The notes: generated by a model not told the origin, from the letters alone. A stretch of 64,000 nt of DNA from Candidatus Omnitrophota bacterium (GCA_040753015.1 JBFMHM010000003.1:218-64217), one strand, 5' to 3'. Shown: positions 1 through 9,002, counted from the first letter of the stretch. Numbers and translations: made by a program.

Positions 1-375
1 ATCACGATAATCAATCGTCAACACAAAATTACTTAAGAAGCTTCTTGTGCCAAGCAACGGAACATTTAAGTTAGGCATAAAATCTATTAAAACATTTTTC
101 ACTGTAAAATTATCGATTTTTATACTTATTGTATGCGAATAAACAAGCGTTTTACCATTTCCAGTATTTATTTCTTTGGGAAAACCAGCCTGTAGATTAT
201 GCCCTAATAAACCTGCATATTGCGCTGGTAAAGCGCATTCATCAGCACCAGTATCAATTAAACCGTACACTTCAATTTCTCTATTTGCATGAGGATTTAT
301 AATAATAACTGGTAGCCACGGCCTTGGAATATCATTTGGCCCAAACCTTCTGAAAGGTATATTTAATATCTGCAT
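1..375 (-). CDS. retropepsin-like (clan AA) aspartic protease, C-terminus cut by window edge
   Basis: Minus-strand translation from the ATG at 375..373 reads MQILNIPFRRFGPNDIPRPWLPVIIINPHANREIEVYGLIDTGADECALPAQYAGLLGHNLQAGFPKEINTGNGKTLVYSHTISIKIDNFTVKNVLIDFMPNLNVPLLGTRSF... It has a hydrophobic-hydrophobic-D-T-G-A active-site motif, then a Gly-rich flap-like segment (NTGNGKT) and an LLG segment, the layout of single-domain retropepsin-like proteases. The start overlaps the stop of the upstream ORF (TAATG). The ORF is open to position 1. Confidence 0.6.
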   Translation of the reverse strand, partial: MQILNIPFRRFGPNDIPRPWLPVIIINPHANREIEVYGLIDTGADECALPAQYAGLLGHNLQAGFPKEINTGNGKTLVYSHTISIKIDNFTVKNVLIDFMPNLNVPLLGTRSFLSNFVLTIDYRD

Positions 376-572
376 TAATAAATTTGCACCATGTCTTTAA
401 CAGGTACAAAAATTAATACTGGCCGAGCAAAGCCTTTCTCTATAGCTTTTTCGTAAGCCTCTTGGGGGGTAATTCCATTACTAATAACAGTAGAATCATT
501 AAAGCTTTTTAAAGCTACATATTTCCCCTCATACCCACTATCTTTTATCAACGTCTGAATCATTATCATCAC
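375..572 (-). CDS. small DUF5678-like protein, translationally coupled to the downstream aspartic protease
   Basis: 65-aa ORF, MMIMIQTLIKDSGYEGKYVALKSFNDSTVISNGITPQEAYEKAIEKGFARPVLIFVPVKDMV. The pattern aromatic-x-GK-(Y/W)-VA(L/I), then a short insert, then (T/D)P(Q/E)E(A/V)YEKA, then a prolyl C-terminus matches my recollection of the DUF5678 family. The stop overlaps the protease ATG. Confidence 0.5.
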   Translation of the reverse strand: MMIMIQTLIKDSGYEGKYVALKSFNDSTVISNGITPQEAYEKAIEKGFARPVLIFVPVKDMVQIY

Positions 573-606
573 CCATAATTAAGCCTACATTGGAACTACA
601 CACTAA

Positions 607-634
607 AATATACCATATAGCGTTAAAATGTCAA
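607..634 (-). promoter_or_regulatory. sigma70-like promoter for the DUF5678-protease pair
   Basis: Minus strand reads TTGACA (634..629), a 16-nt spacer, then TATATT (612..607). This lies ~35 nt upstream of the ATG at 572 and immediately downstream of the stop of the preceding gene (651). Confidence 0.4.
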
Positions 635-650
635 ATTTTCTTCTTTTTTA

Positions 651-1766
651 TCACTTAATCTTAATAGGCACCTCGGAAACTAACCCGGGATCGTTTACTG
701 AAGCGCGAAATTTCTTATAACCAGCGATATCAAATTCTAATCTAAGCGGCAAATTAACCGAACCGACTATTTTTTTATCTTGTCTTTGCAAATTTGCCTC
801 TAAATATGTATATGCTTCATTACCTTGCGGGCCAACATATACAATACTTATCTGAACTTGCTCTGGAGCAACGTTACTATCACAAATAATCTCAATAGGA
901 AGCCTCTGGCCTAATCTATAAATGCCTTCTCTAGGATTGATTAAATTAAAAAGTGCGGGTATGGCAATATCAAAGCTAATTCGATCTTCTAAATCGCCTT
1001 GAATATTTTGCGCCCTAATAATTGCCGTATATAGTCCTGGCTCTAAATCGCCAGTATCTATTCTCCAAAAATATTGATTAGCAAATCCAGAAAGCGCGTT
1101 TTGGCCGCTTTTATTAATTACAGCATCGCCGTTTGAATTATGGATAATTAAATTAACTGTATTTTTATCAATATTATACGCCGCAAACTGTAGTTCAAAA
1201 GGCCTATTAATTCTTTCCTTATCACCTATTCCTATAAATTTTATTATTGGCCGCCTAAGAACAATCGGCACTTCGTTAGTTACTGTTTCTTTCTCGTTAA
1301 TAAATTTTAACTCGGTTAATAATTTCATACCATGAATTAAATCGGAATCTTGGGAAATATGAACGAATTCGCGAGCTTGAGGCATTTGTATCTGACAAGT
1401 CAATGTATTAGTTAAAGCGACCTTCTGCCATATAGGTTCAAGTTTAATTTTCTTACCATAACCTTCTAGATAAATAAAAGAGCTGCCTGCTTCTAAAGAA
1501 GAAGGATAATTAAGTATTATACGCATACCAAAAGTAGTCCCTGTCGATATAATCTGATTATTTTGAGGCTGTTGAATCTGAACTCGTACTAGAGGTTTTT
1601 TAACCATAGATGATTTATCATCCTTTTTAACATCCAAAACAAAAGAATTTTTATTATCCTTAATATTGATATCTTTATCTTTAGCAAATATTGCCGTAGA
1701 AGCCATAAAATAAATAAGTAAAAAATAAATTAAAGAATAATAATATTTTTTCATATTACCTCCCAT
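651..1766 (-). CDS. secreted protein of unknown function (N-terminal signal peptide)
   Basis: 371-aa ORF with an N-terminus KKYYYSLIYFLLIYFMASTAIFA-KD, which has an h-region plus an AxA-like cleavage site. Consensus SD (GGAGG) sits 5 nt upstream of the ATG. No recognisable catalytic motif, and composition suggests beta-rich repeats. Confidence 0.6.
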   Translation of the reverse strand: MGGNMKKYYYSLIYFLLIYFMASTAIFAKDKDINIKDNKNSFVLDVKKDDKSSMVKKPLVRVQIQQPQNNQIISTGTTFGMRIILNYPSSLEAGSSFIYLEGYGKKIKLEPIWQKVALTNTLTCQIQMPQAREFVHISQDSDLIHGMKLLTELKFINEKETVTNEVPIVLRRPIIKFIGIGDKERINRPFELQFAAYNIDKNTVNLIIHNSNGDAVINKSGQNALSGFANQYFWRIDTGDLEPGLYTAIIRAQNIQGDLEDRISFDIAIPALFNLINPREGIYRLGQRLPIEIICDSNVAPEQVQISIVYVGPQGNEAYTYLEANLQRQDKKIVGSVNLPLRLEFDIAGYKKFRASVNDPGLVSEVPIKIK

Positions 1767-1805
1767 GTTAATCTTTATAAAAATTATATCACAAATATAA
1801 TTAAA

Positions 1806-2126
1806 TTATATTTCTTTTATGAACTCTATTTGCGTTGTCTTAGGTGCAAAGGTGTTTGATTCAACCTCAATTAGTTTTAAAATTGCTGCAGGCACACTGC
1901 AACTATTACGGCAAACGAACTTCGACGCCTTACGATAAACTTCTGTTTCAAGCAAACTCTGAGATAAGGCTTCTCCAACATTAATTTCACCCAAATAATT
2001 AGCCAAATTATTTATATAAGGACAGCTTGTTTGAAAATTAAGTTTAAATTTAATCTTAGAAATTTTATTTACAGTAATTAAAATTTCTTTTTCACAAGCA
2101 CCTTCTTTTACGAAACAACTTGGCAT
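1806..2126 (-). CDS. small cysteine-rich protein of unknown function
   Basis: The ORF track starts at a TTG at 2147. An in-frame ATG at 2126..2124 preceded by AGGG is the likelier start, giving MPSCFVKEGACEKE... Five Cys residues include Cx5C near the N-terminus and CRNSC (Cx3C) near residue 70. Same strand as lipA and immediately downstream of it. Confidence 0.5.
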   Translation of the reverse strand: MPSCFVKEGACEKEILITVNKISKIKFKLNFQTSCPYINNLANYLGEINVGEALSQSLLETEVYRKASKFVCRNSCSVPAAILKLIEVESNTFAPKTTQIEFIKEI

Positions 2127-2221
2127 AAATACCCTATCAATCCCCAATTATCCAATTTCCAATTAAAAACTTATTGAACTGTTGATTGGTCATTGGAATT
2201 TTATTTGACATTAGAATTTGG

Positions 2222-3067
2222 TTATTGGTCATTAATTATGTATTTCTCCGCCATATATGAACTTCTAACATACGGCGAGCTTGCAACATATTTAAAGCCT
2301 AAATCTAAAGCAATTTTTCTGTAATTATTAAACTCTTCTTGGCTAATATATTCTTTCACAGGAAAATGATTTTTGCTTGGTGCTAGATATTGGCCTAAAC
2401 TTAAAAATTCACATCCTATCTTGCGTAAATCTTTTAAAACATTTATAACCTCTTCCCTTGCCTCCCCAAGCCCAAGCATAAGGCCAGATTTTGTGTGTAT
2501 TATTTCGTCTAGTATCTTTATCATCCTTAATAACTCTAGCGACCTTTTATAATCTGCATTTTCCCTAACTTGATTATATAATCGCGGCACCGTCTCTAAA
2601 TTGTGCCCGATAATTTCTGGTTTTGCATTAACAATTTTTTTGATTGCGATTTTATTTAAATTAAAGTCTGGCACCAATAATTCAATTTTTGCCGGGCTTA
2701 TTTTTCTAATTTCACCTACTGTACTAACAAAAACTTCTGCACCACCATCGTCTAAATCATCACGCGTAACAGAAGTAATTACAACATGCTTTAAGCCAAG
2801 TTTTTCTATTGCCTTAGCAATATTCTCTGGTTCACTCGGATTAATTTCTCCCGGCAACCCTTTTTTAACGCCGCAAAATTTACAATTACGAGTACAGATA
2901 TCACCCAGAATTAAAAATGTCGCGGTTTTTTTAGAAAAGCACTCTGAAATATTAGGACAAGCTGCTTCCTGGCAAACAGTATTCAATTTTAAATCCTTAA
3001 AAAGACTACTTAACTCTCTTAATTCATTGAGATTAATTTTTTTCTTTAGCCATGGCGGTTTGGGCAT
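2222..3067 (-). CDS. lipA: lipoyl synthase
   Basis: N-terminal auxiliary-cluster motif CQEAACPNISEC (Cx4Cx5C). Radical-SAM CTRNCKFC motif. 281 aa. Confidence 0.92.
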   Translation of the reverse strand: MPKPPWLKKKINLNELRELSSLFKDLKLNTVCQEAACPNISECFSKKTATFLILGDICTRNCKFCGVKKGLPGEINPSEPENIAKAIEKLGLKHVVITSVTRDDLDDGGAEVFVSTVGEIRKISPAKIELLVPDFNLNKIAIKKIVNAKPEIIGHNLETVPRLYNQVRENADYKRSLELLRMIKILDEIIHTKSGLMLGLGEAREEVINVLKDLRKIGCEFLSLGQYLAPSKNHFPVKEYISQEEFNNYRKIALDLGFKYVASSPYVRSSYMAEKYIINDQ

Positions 3068-3812
3068 ATTTTTCTTTCAATTCATCTAATAAATTAAATT
3101 CAAAATTTGTTAAATTTTCTTGGATTAATTCACAATTATGTATTTCTTCAAAACTTGCCTTAATAATTTTTTTAAGTTCGCCCAAGCTAATCGCCCGGAA
3201 TAATACATCTTTTAATGCGCATGTATTTTTATTGAAATCTATTGGTATATTTTTTAAACAAGCCAAAGCATCCTTGAAATCTAACTCTAGTGGAATCACG
3301 CCATGTTGAAAAATTAAATCATGCGATCGTTTCTGGGCATTACCGCCAATTTTTTTACCATTAATCACAATGTCGTAAAACTCTCTTCCTGCAAAACAAA
3401 AAGAATTACTACCTGTTTCTTGGCAAGAAAAATTTACACTTAAACCTAATTTTCTATAACTATGAATTAAAAATGCGCAAATTTTTTTATAGCTTTCTTT
3501 GACTTTACTATCTGCGCCAATCTCTTCTTGCCTACAAGAGATACTATACGTAAGTTCTTTGTTATGATAAATTATTCCGCCGCCTGTAAGACGCCTAACA
3601 AAATCAATTTTCCTCTTACTACATTCATCTAAATTAAATTCTTTTTCTGGTATTTGTGAATATCCAAATGAGAATGCCGCTGGCTCCCATCCATAAAACC
3701 TTAAAGTCGGGCCAACTAAATTATTTTTTCTGGCAGTAAATATTGCCTCATCAATTGCCATATTTGTATAGCAATTAGATGAGCCTGAATCAATAAATCG
3801 CCAATAAGTCAT
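3033..3812 (-). CDS. lipoate-protein ligase / octanoyltransferase family protein (LplA/LipM-type BPL_LplA_LipB domain)
   Basis: RRLTGGGIIYH motif (the lipoyl-AMP-binding RRxxGGG(A/I)(V/I)(F/Y)H signature) and N-terminus MAIDEAI.... 259 aa. Overlaps lipA by 35 nt. Confidence 0.8.
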   Translation of the reverse strand: MTYWRFIDSGSSNCYTNMAIDEAIFTARKNNLVGPTLRFYGWEPAAFSFGYSQIPEKEFNLDECSKRKIDFVRRLTGGGIIYHNKELTYSISCRQEEIGADSKVKESYKKICAFLIHSYRKLGLSVNFSCQETGSNSFCFAGREFYDIVINGKKIGGNAQKRSHDLIFQHGVIPLELDFKDALACLKNIPIDFNKNTCALKDVLFRAISLGELKKIIKASFEEIHNCELIQENLTNFEFNLLDELKEKYAQTAMAKEKN

Positions 3813-3816
3813 CGGA

Positions 3817-5214
3817 TTAGCAGTTATATTTTAATTTTAAATCTTTCACTGCTTTGGTTTCATCTAAACGACTAATAGGCGTTGTAAGCGGGGCATCTTT
3901 AATTGCTTGCGGATTAGTTTTTGCTAAATTTGCAATTTCAATCATTACTTCAATAAATTTATCCAAAGTTTCTTTCGATTCAGTTTCAGTTGGCTCGATC
4001 ATTAATGATTCTTTTACAATTAAAGGAAAGTAAACTGTCGGCGGATGTATTCCTTTGTCAATTAAATATTTTGCGATATCAATTGCATGCACGCCATTTT
4101 CTAGCTGAAAACTTGCGGAAAACACGCACTCATGCATACAAATGCGCTCATAGGGAAGCTCGTAATAATCCTTTAGTTTAACACGGATATAATTTGCATT
4201 TAAAACCGACATTTTAGCAACATCGATTAATCCTTCTTTACCCAACATTAAAATATAGGCATAAGCCTTTAAAATCACGCCAAAATTTCCGTAGAACGGC
4301 GCAACAGAGCCAATTGACCTTTTTCCGCCAGGTAAAAAATCGACTAATTTTTCGCTAACTCCAACTGGCCCCGCACCCGGCCCGCCACCACCATGAGGCG
4401 TAGCAAATGTTTTGTGTAAATTTACATGCACAACATCAAAACCCAAATCTCCGGGACGAGCAATGCCTAAAATTGCATTTAAATTTGCTCCGTCATAATA
4501 AACTAATGCGCCATTTTTATGGGCAAGGTCGGTAACTTCTTTTATCTCTGTCTCAAATAAACCCAAAGTGTTTGGGCAAGTAAGCATAACTGCCGCAGTT
4601 TCGTTATTAATATGCTTTTTATATTCCTCTAAATCAACACAACCATTTTTATTACTTGGTATAACAACGGTTTGATACCCAGCAATTGTAGAGCTAGCGG
4701 GATTAGTACCATGGGAAGAATTGGGAACAATCACATATTTTTTTCTATTCCCTTGATGTTTGTGATATGCAGCAATCAACATTAACCCAGTTAACTCGCC
4801 GTGGGCGCCGGCCATTGGCTCTAAGGTAAATGCCTTCATCCCAAGAATTTCAGATAATAATTTCTCTGTTTCAGAAATTACCGAAAATGCACCACTAGTA
4901 AATTCGCTGCCTAAAACAAGCGGTATCATCGGATGTAAATTACAAAAACCCTCTAATACGGCAACTTTTTCGCTAAATTTTGGGTTATATTTCATCGTGC
5001 AGGAACCAAGCGGATAAAAATTTGTGTCCACAGAAAAATTCATACGCGATAAATTCGTAAAATGCCGCACGCAATCTAGCTCAGAAACTTCTGGAAGATT
5101 CGGCTCTTCTTGGCGTAAATATTTTTTAGGCAGTTTATTATATCCTTCTACACCAGAAGAACTAACCTTAAACCCACACTTACCCTTTACAGATTTCTCG
5201 AAGATTAATTGCAT
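3817..5214 (-). CDS. gcvPB: glycine dehydrogenase (decarboxylating) subunit 2
   Basis: 465 aa. PLP-fold region with the HxNLHKTF motif (HVNLHKTFATPHGGGGPGAGP) typical of GcvPB. Confidence 0.92.
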   Translation of the reverse strand: MQLIFEKSVKGKCGFKVSSSGVEGYNKLPKKYLRQEEPNLPEVSELDCVRHFTNLSRMNFSVDTNFYPLGSCTMKYNPKFSEKVAVLEGFCNLHPMIPLVLGSEFTSGAFSVISETEKLLSEILGMKAFTLEPMAGAHGELTGLMLIAAYHKHQGNRKKYVIVPNSSHGTNPASSTIAGYQTVVIPSNKNGCVDLEEYKKHINNETAAVMLTCPNTLGLFETEIKEVTDLAHKNGALVYYDGANLNAILGIARPGDLGFDVVHVNLHKTFATPHGGGGPGAGPVGVSEKLVDFLPGGKRSIGSVAPFYGNFGVILKAYAYILMLGKEGLIDVAKMSVLNANYIRVKLKDYYELPYERICMHECVFSASFQLENGVHAIDIAKYLIDKGIHPPTVYFPLIVKESLMIEPTETESKETLDKFIEVMIEIANLAKTNPQAIKDAPLTTPISRLDETKAVKDLKLKYNC

Positions 5215-6517
5215 AATTTTCTATTTCTTCTTTTGTCCTTTTCTCAGTGATAGCTACAAGTAAATAATTTTCCATTCCTTTATAATATTTGCCCAAAGAT
5301 ACTCCTGCAACAAAACCTTTTTTCGCCATTTCTTTTACTACAAACTCTGCTGGCTTTGGCAAAAATACAGTGAATTCGTTAAATGTCGGAGAACTTCTCT
5401 TAACCTCAACGCCGGGAATTTTTGAAAGCTCGGTTTTTGCGAACTCCGCACGGTCAAGTAATATTTGGCATAATTTCTTTATGCCGCATTTTCCTAAAAG
5501 TGATAAATAAATTACTGCCCTAAGCGCACACAACGCTTCATTAGAACAAATATTAGAAGTTGCTTTTTCCCGTCGAATATGTTGCTCTCGGGCCTGAAGC
5601 GTTAAAACAAACCCTCGCCTACCTTGTTTATCAACAGTTTCGCCAACAATACGCCCGGGTAGCTGCCGAACATAATCTCTCTTTGTTGCTATAAATCCTA
5701 AGTATGGCCCGCCAAAAGACAAATAATTGCCTAATGACTGGCCTTCACCAGTTACAATATCTGCTTTCATTTCAGCAGGTGTTTTTAGTAAGCCTAAAGA
5801 TATTGGATAAACCGACTCAATTGCAATTGCCCCAACACTATGAACTTTCTCAATTATATCTGAGTGATCATCAATCGCTCCAAAAAAATTCGGGTTCTGT
5901 AAAATTAATGCAGCGGTTTTATCGTCTAAATATTTCAAAATTTCTTCGCGCGAGCTTTGGCCATGCACAATAGGTGTTTCAATAAATTCAATTGATAAAT
6001 TAGCGCAATATGTATACATCATTTTACGGTAAATTGGGTTTACGCCTGAAGACATAATAATTTTATTGCGCCCAGTTATGCGCAAAGACATCATTGCTGC
6101 CTCAAACAAAGCCGTACCTCCGTCGTAAAGCGAGGCATTAGTTACTTGCATGCCAGTTAGCTCACAAATACAAGTCTGGTATTCAAAAATTGCCTGTAGA
6201 GTGCCTTGAGAACATTCTGGCTGATAAGGAGTGTAAGCAGTGTAAAATTCTGCACGGCTAGTAAGGCTATCTACTACTGCTGGAATATAATGATCGTAAA
6301 AACCTGCGCCTAAAAAATTTACGAGATGAGTATTATTTTGGTCACTAAGTTTTTTTACGTACCCTACTACTTCTTGCTCGCTTTTACTATTTGGTAAATT
6401 AAAAGATTTTGCACGCAAGGCTGGCTTGATATCGCTAAATAAATCATCAATTGACTTTACACCAATTGCCTTTAGCATCTCAGCAATTTCTTCTTGCGTA
6501 TGCGGGGTATAATTCAT
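5180..6517 (-). CDS. gcvPA: glycine dehydrogenase (decarboxylating) subunit 1
   Basis: 445 aa. N-terminal MNYTPHTQEEIAEMLKAIGV... and YTPYQPE motif. Overlaps gcvPB by 35 nt. Confidence 0.92.
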   Translation of the reverse strand: MNYTPHTQEEIAEMLKAIGVKSIDDLFSDIKPALRAKSFNLPNSKSEQEVVGYVKKLSDQNNTHLVNFLGAGFYDHYIPAVVDSLTSRAEFYTAYTPYQPECSQGTLQAIFEYQTCICELTGMQVTNASLYDGGTALFEAAMMSLRITGRNKIIMSSGVNPIYRKMMYTYCANLSIEFIETPIVHGQSSREEILKYLDDKTAALILQNPNFFGAIDDHSDIIEKVHSVGAIAIESVYPISLGLLKTPAEMKADIVTGEGQSLGNYLSFGGPYLGFIATKRDYVRQLPGRIVGETVDKQGRRGFVLTLQAREQHIRREKATSNICSNEALCALRAVIYLSLLGKCGIKKLCQILLDRAEFAKTELSKIPGVEVKRSSPTFNEFTVFLPKPAEFVVKEMAKKGFVAGVSLGKYYKGMENYLLVAITEKRTKEEIENYAINLREICKG

Positions 6518-6901
6518 TTACAAAGTTTTTAAATATTCTCTATAGTTATCTGCGGGCATTAAGTTATTTTTTTCGGCTAAATCCGTTAATTCTATAACAC
6601 AAAACCAACCATTCTCATATGGCGACTTATTAATTGTTTCTGGGGTGTTTTTCAAGGCATCATTTACCTTAACAATTTTTCCTGACATTGGCGCATAAAC
6701 ATCTGAAGCTGCTTTTACCGACTCAACAGTTGCAATAATATCGCCTTTTTTATATAAATTGCCTATTTTGGGCAATTCAATAAAAGTAACATCACCAAGG
6801 GCTTCTTGTGCATGATTAGTTATTCCCATTGTACCAACATTACCTTCAATCTTTATCCATTCGTGATCTTTTGTGTAAAATAGACTATCTAAAACACTCA
6901 T
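6518..6901 (-). CDS. gcvH: glycine cleavage system H protein
   Basis: 127 aa. Lipoyl-lysine motif ESVKAASDVYAPMSG. Confidence 0.92.
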   Translation of the reverse strand: MSVLDSLFYTKDHEWIKIEGNVGTMGITNHAQEALGDVTFIELPKIGNLYKKGDIIATVESVKAASDVYAPMSGKIVKVNDALKNTPETINKSPYENGWFCVIELTDLAEKNNLMPADNYREYLKTL

Positions 6902-6910
6902 TACTTCCTC

Positions 6911-8011
6911 CTAATTTTTGAGCGAGCCGTTTTTATAAAATGGCCTATCGACAATTCTTGCTGCGATCTCAACATTTGTATCTTTTAAAATAATTTTGGT
7001 TTCTGATTTTGTAAAGCTATTTTTTGCAAAACCTATACCAAGACCAACGCCTAAGCTAGGCGAAAAGCTTCCGCTTGTAACAATCCCTATCTGTTGATTA
7101 TCTAAAGAATAAATTTTATAATTATGCCTCGGGGTACGGCGCGAATTACAGGTAAAAAATATCCGTCTTCGGCTAAAATCATCTTTAGCTTTTTCTAAAG
7201 CGCCCTCTCCGATAAAACCATTGTCAGATGTAATAAAATTTTCTAGTCCTGCCTCAATAGGGTTTATTGATTCATCCATATCTTGCCCATATAAAGGGTA
7301 ACCCATCTCAATCCTAAGTGTATCTCTTGCTCCAAGGCCGGCTGGCTTAATATCTGAATCGGCTAAAAATATATTCCATAATTCTGTTACTTTGTCCATT
7401 GAAATATAAATTTCATATCCTAATTCGCCTGTATAACCCGTACGACTGATAATACATTTTTCTCCTAGCAATTCAAAATAATCAAAAGTATAGTATTTAA
7501 GCTTTTCTATTTGCGCCCCAACAATTTTTTTCATAACATCTTTTGACTTAGGGCCTTGGATATCCAGTTTCCCGGTTTCTCCCGAAATATTTACGAAATT
7601 CTTCTCTTTATAAAGATGCCTTTTAATATGTGTAAAATCTTTGTCGCCAGTTGCAGCATTAACCACAATCATAAATTTATCTTGCCTAATCTTATAAATA
7701 ATTAAATCATCCATAATGCCGCCTCTTTCGTTAAGCATTAAGGTATAACGGCAGGAATTTAACGGCATTTTATCAAAGGAAAGAGGCAATACTTTATCTA
7801 AACCACAGCCTAAAGGATCATCCTCAAATATAAATTCGCCCATATGACAAATATCAAATACCGATGCTTGTGTACGCGTCCAATTATGCTCAGCAATTAT
7901 ACCTTCATATTGAATCGGCATCAGCCATCCGCCAAAACTAGCCATCTTTGCACCAAGCCTTTTATGTTCACTGGCAAGGGGCGTTTGTTTTAAATTATCT
8001 ATTTTTTCCAT
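6911..8011 (-). CDS. gcvT: aminomethyltransferase (glycine cleavage T protein)
   Basis: 366 aa. TPLASEHKRLGAKMASFGGWLMPIQY N-terminus typical of GcvT. Confidence 0.92.
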   Translation of the reverse strand: MEKIDNLKQTPLASEHKRLGAKMASFGGWLMPIQYEGIIAEHNWTRTQASVFDICHMGEFIFEDDPLGCGLDKVLPLSFDKMPLNSCRYTLMLNERGGIMDDLIIYKIRQDKFMIVVNAATGDKDFTHIKRHLYKEKNFVNISGETGKLDIQGPKSKDVMKKIVGAQIEKLKYYTFDYFELLGEKCIISRTGYTGELGYEIYISMDKVTELWNIFLADSDIKPAGLGARDTLRIEMGYPLYGQDMDESINPIEAGLENFITSDNGFIGEGALEKAKDDFSRRRIFFTCNSRRTPRHNYKIYSLDNQQIGIVTSGSFSPSLGVGLGIGFAKNSFTKSETKIILKDTNVEIAARIVDRPFYKNGSLKN

Positions 8012-8931
8012 CTAAACTCTCTAACAGTTTTAATAACCGCTTCCCTCGTTGGTAGCGGCCTATAATCCAAAAATTTTTCTATTCTTGAAATATCATAACT
8101 TCTGTCTTTACTATAAAATTTTATGCCATTTTTTATTAATGAAACCGGTAGATAAGAAAGAATGCCTGTAAAACAAGATGAAATATGCCAGGGATGCATT
8201 ACCTTCAATGTATCTGCTAGCAAATTTAAAAATTCTTCTGCAGTAAAAATTTCTTTATCTGCAACAATATATGTTCCATTAAAAGCCTCATCCTTATCAA
8301 TAGCACTTAACAATGCTTTAACAACATTTTCTACATATACCAGATGTAAAAGCTTCTCTCCACTGCCTATTATCGGCAAAAGCCGTAATTTAATTAATTT
8401 TAAAAGTAAACCAAGAACGTGCGGCTCATCTTCGCCATAAACCATGCATGGACGAAAAATTGCTACGGCTAAACCTTTATTACGATAATCTAAAGCGATT
8501 CTTTCTGCTTCAATTTTTGAAACGCCATAAAGATTGGTAGCCAGATATGGCAAATCATCTGTCAGGGGATTCTGATTATTACCGCTTATTACGGCGACCG
8601 AACTTAAGTATATTAATTTCTTTATACCAACATCAAGCGCAGCCCGGCAAACATTCTCCGTGCCGACAACATTAGCTGTAAATAATTTATCTCTTGGGCC
8701 GCCTGAAACCTCCGCGGCACAATGGAATACTATATCTACCCCCGAAAAACTATCTTTCAAAGAATCAAAATTAAGAATATCGGCATAAATAAATTCTACT
8801 GGTTTATCTTTAAAATAATCAATCCTGCTTGTCCTTCTAATCAAAAGCTTTGGCCTAATCCCACGCTTGATTAATCCATCAACTAAATGCCTACCGATAA
8901 AACCCGTTGCACCAGTAATTAAAATATTCAC
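7999..8931 (-). CDS. NAD-dependent epimerase/dehydratase (SDR family)
   Basis: N-terminal Rossmann motif ILITGATGFIGRHL. 310 aa. Its 3' end overlaps the gcvT start by 13 nt. Confidence 0.8.
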   Translation of the reverse strand: MNILITGATGFIGRHLVDGLIKRGIRPKLLIRRTSRIDYFKDKPVEFIYADILNFDSLKDSFSGVDIVFHCAAEVSGGPRDKLFTANVVGTENVCRAALDVGIKKLIYLSSVAVISGNNQNPLTDDLPYLATNLYGVSKIEAERIALDYRNKGLAVAIFRPCMVYGEDEPHVLGLLLKLIKLRLLPIIGSGEKLLHLVYVENVVKALLSAIDKDEAFNGTYIVADKEIFTAEEFLNLLADTLKVMHPWHISSCFTGILSYLPVSLIKNGIKFYSKDRSYDISRIEKFLDYRPLPTREAVIKTVREFRWKK

Positions 8932-8973
8932 ACTAATAATTATAGAATCTTCTAGTAATAGGTCAAGTAATTA

Positions 8974-9002
8974 TTGACACTCTCTTTGTGTAGGATTATA
9001 CT
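8974..9002 (+). promoter_or_regulatory. sigma70 consensus promoter of tRNA-Leu
   Basis: TTGACA (8974..8979), a 17-nt spacer, then TATACT (8997..9002). The tRNA 5' end at 9012 lies ~9 nt downstream of the -10 element. Confidence 0.5.

Noticed and set aside
2601-3089. 162-aa plus-strand ORF antisense to lipA, and the many other 60-160 aa ORFs in the track lying opposite the long minus-strand genes
   Set aside because: They lie wholly inside well-supported conserved genes on the other strand. They have low-complexity Ile/Leu/Phe/Ser-rich translations typical of antisense frames in AT-rich DNA, and no RBS or promoter. They are treated as spurious.
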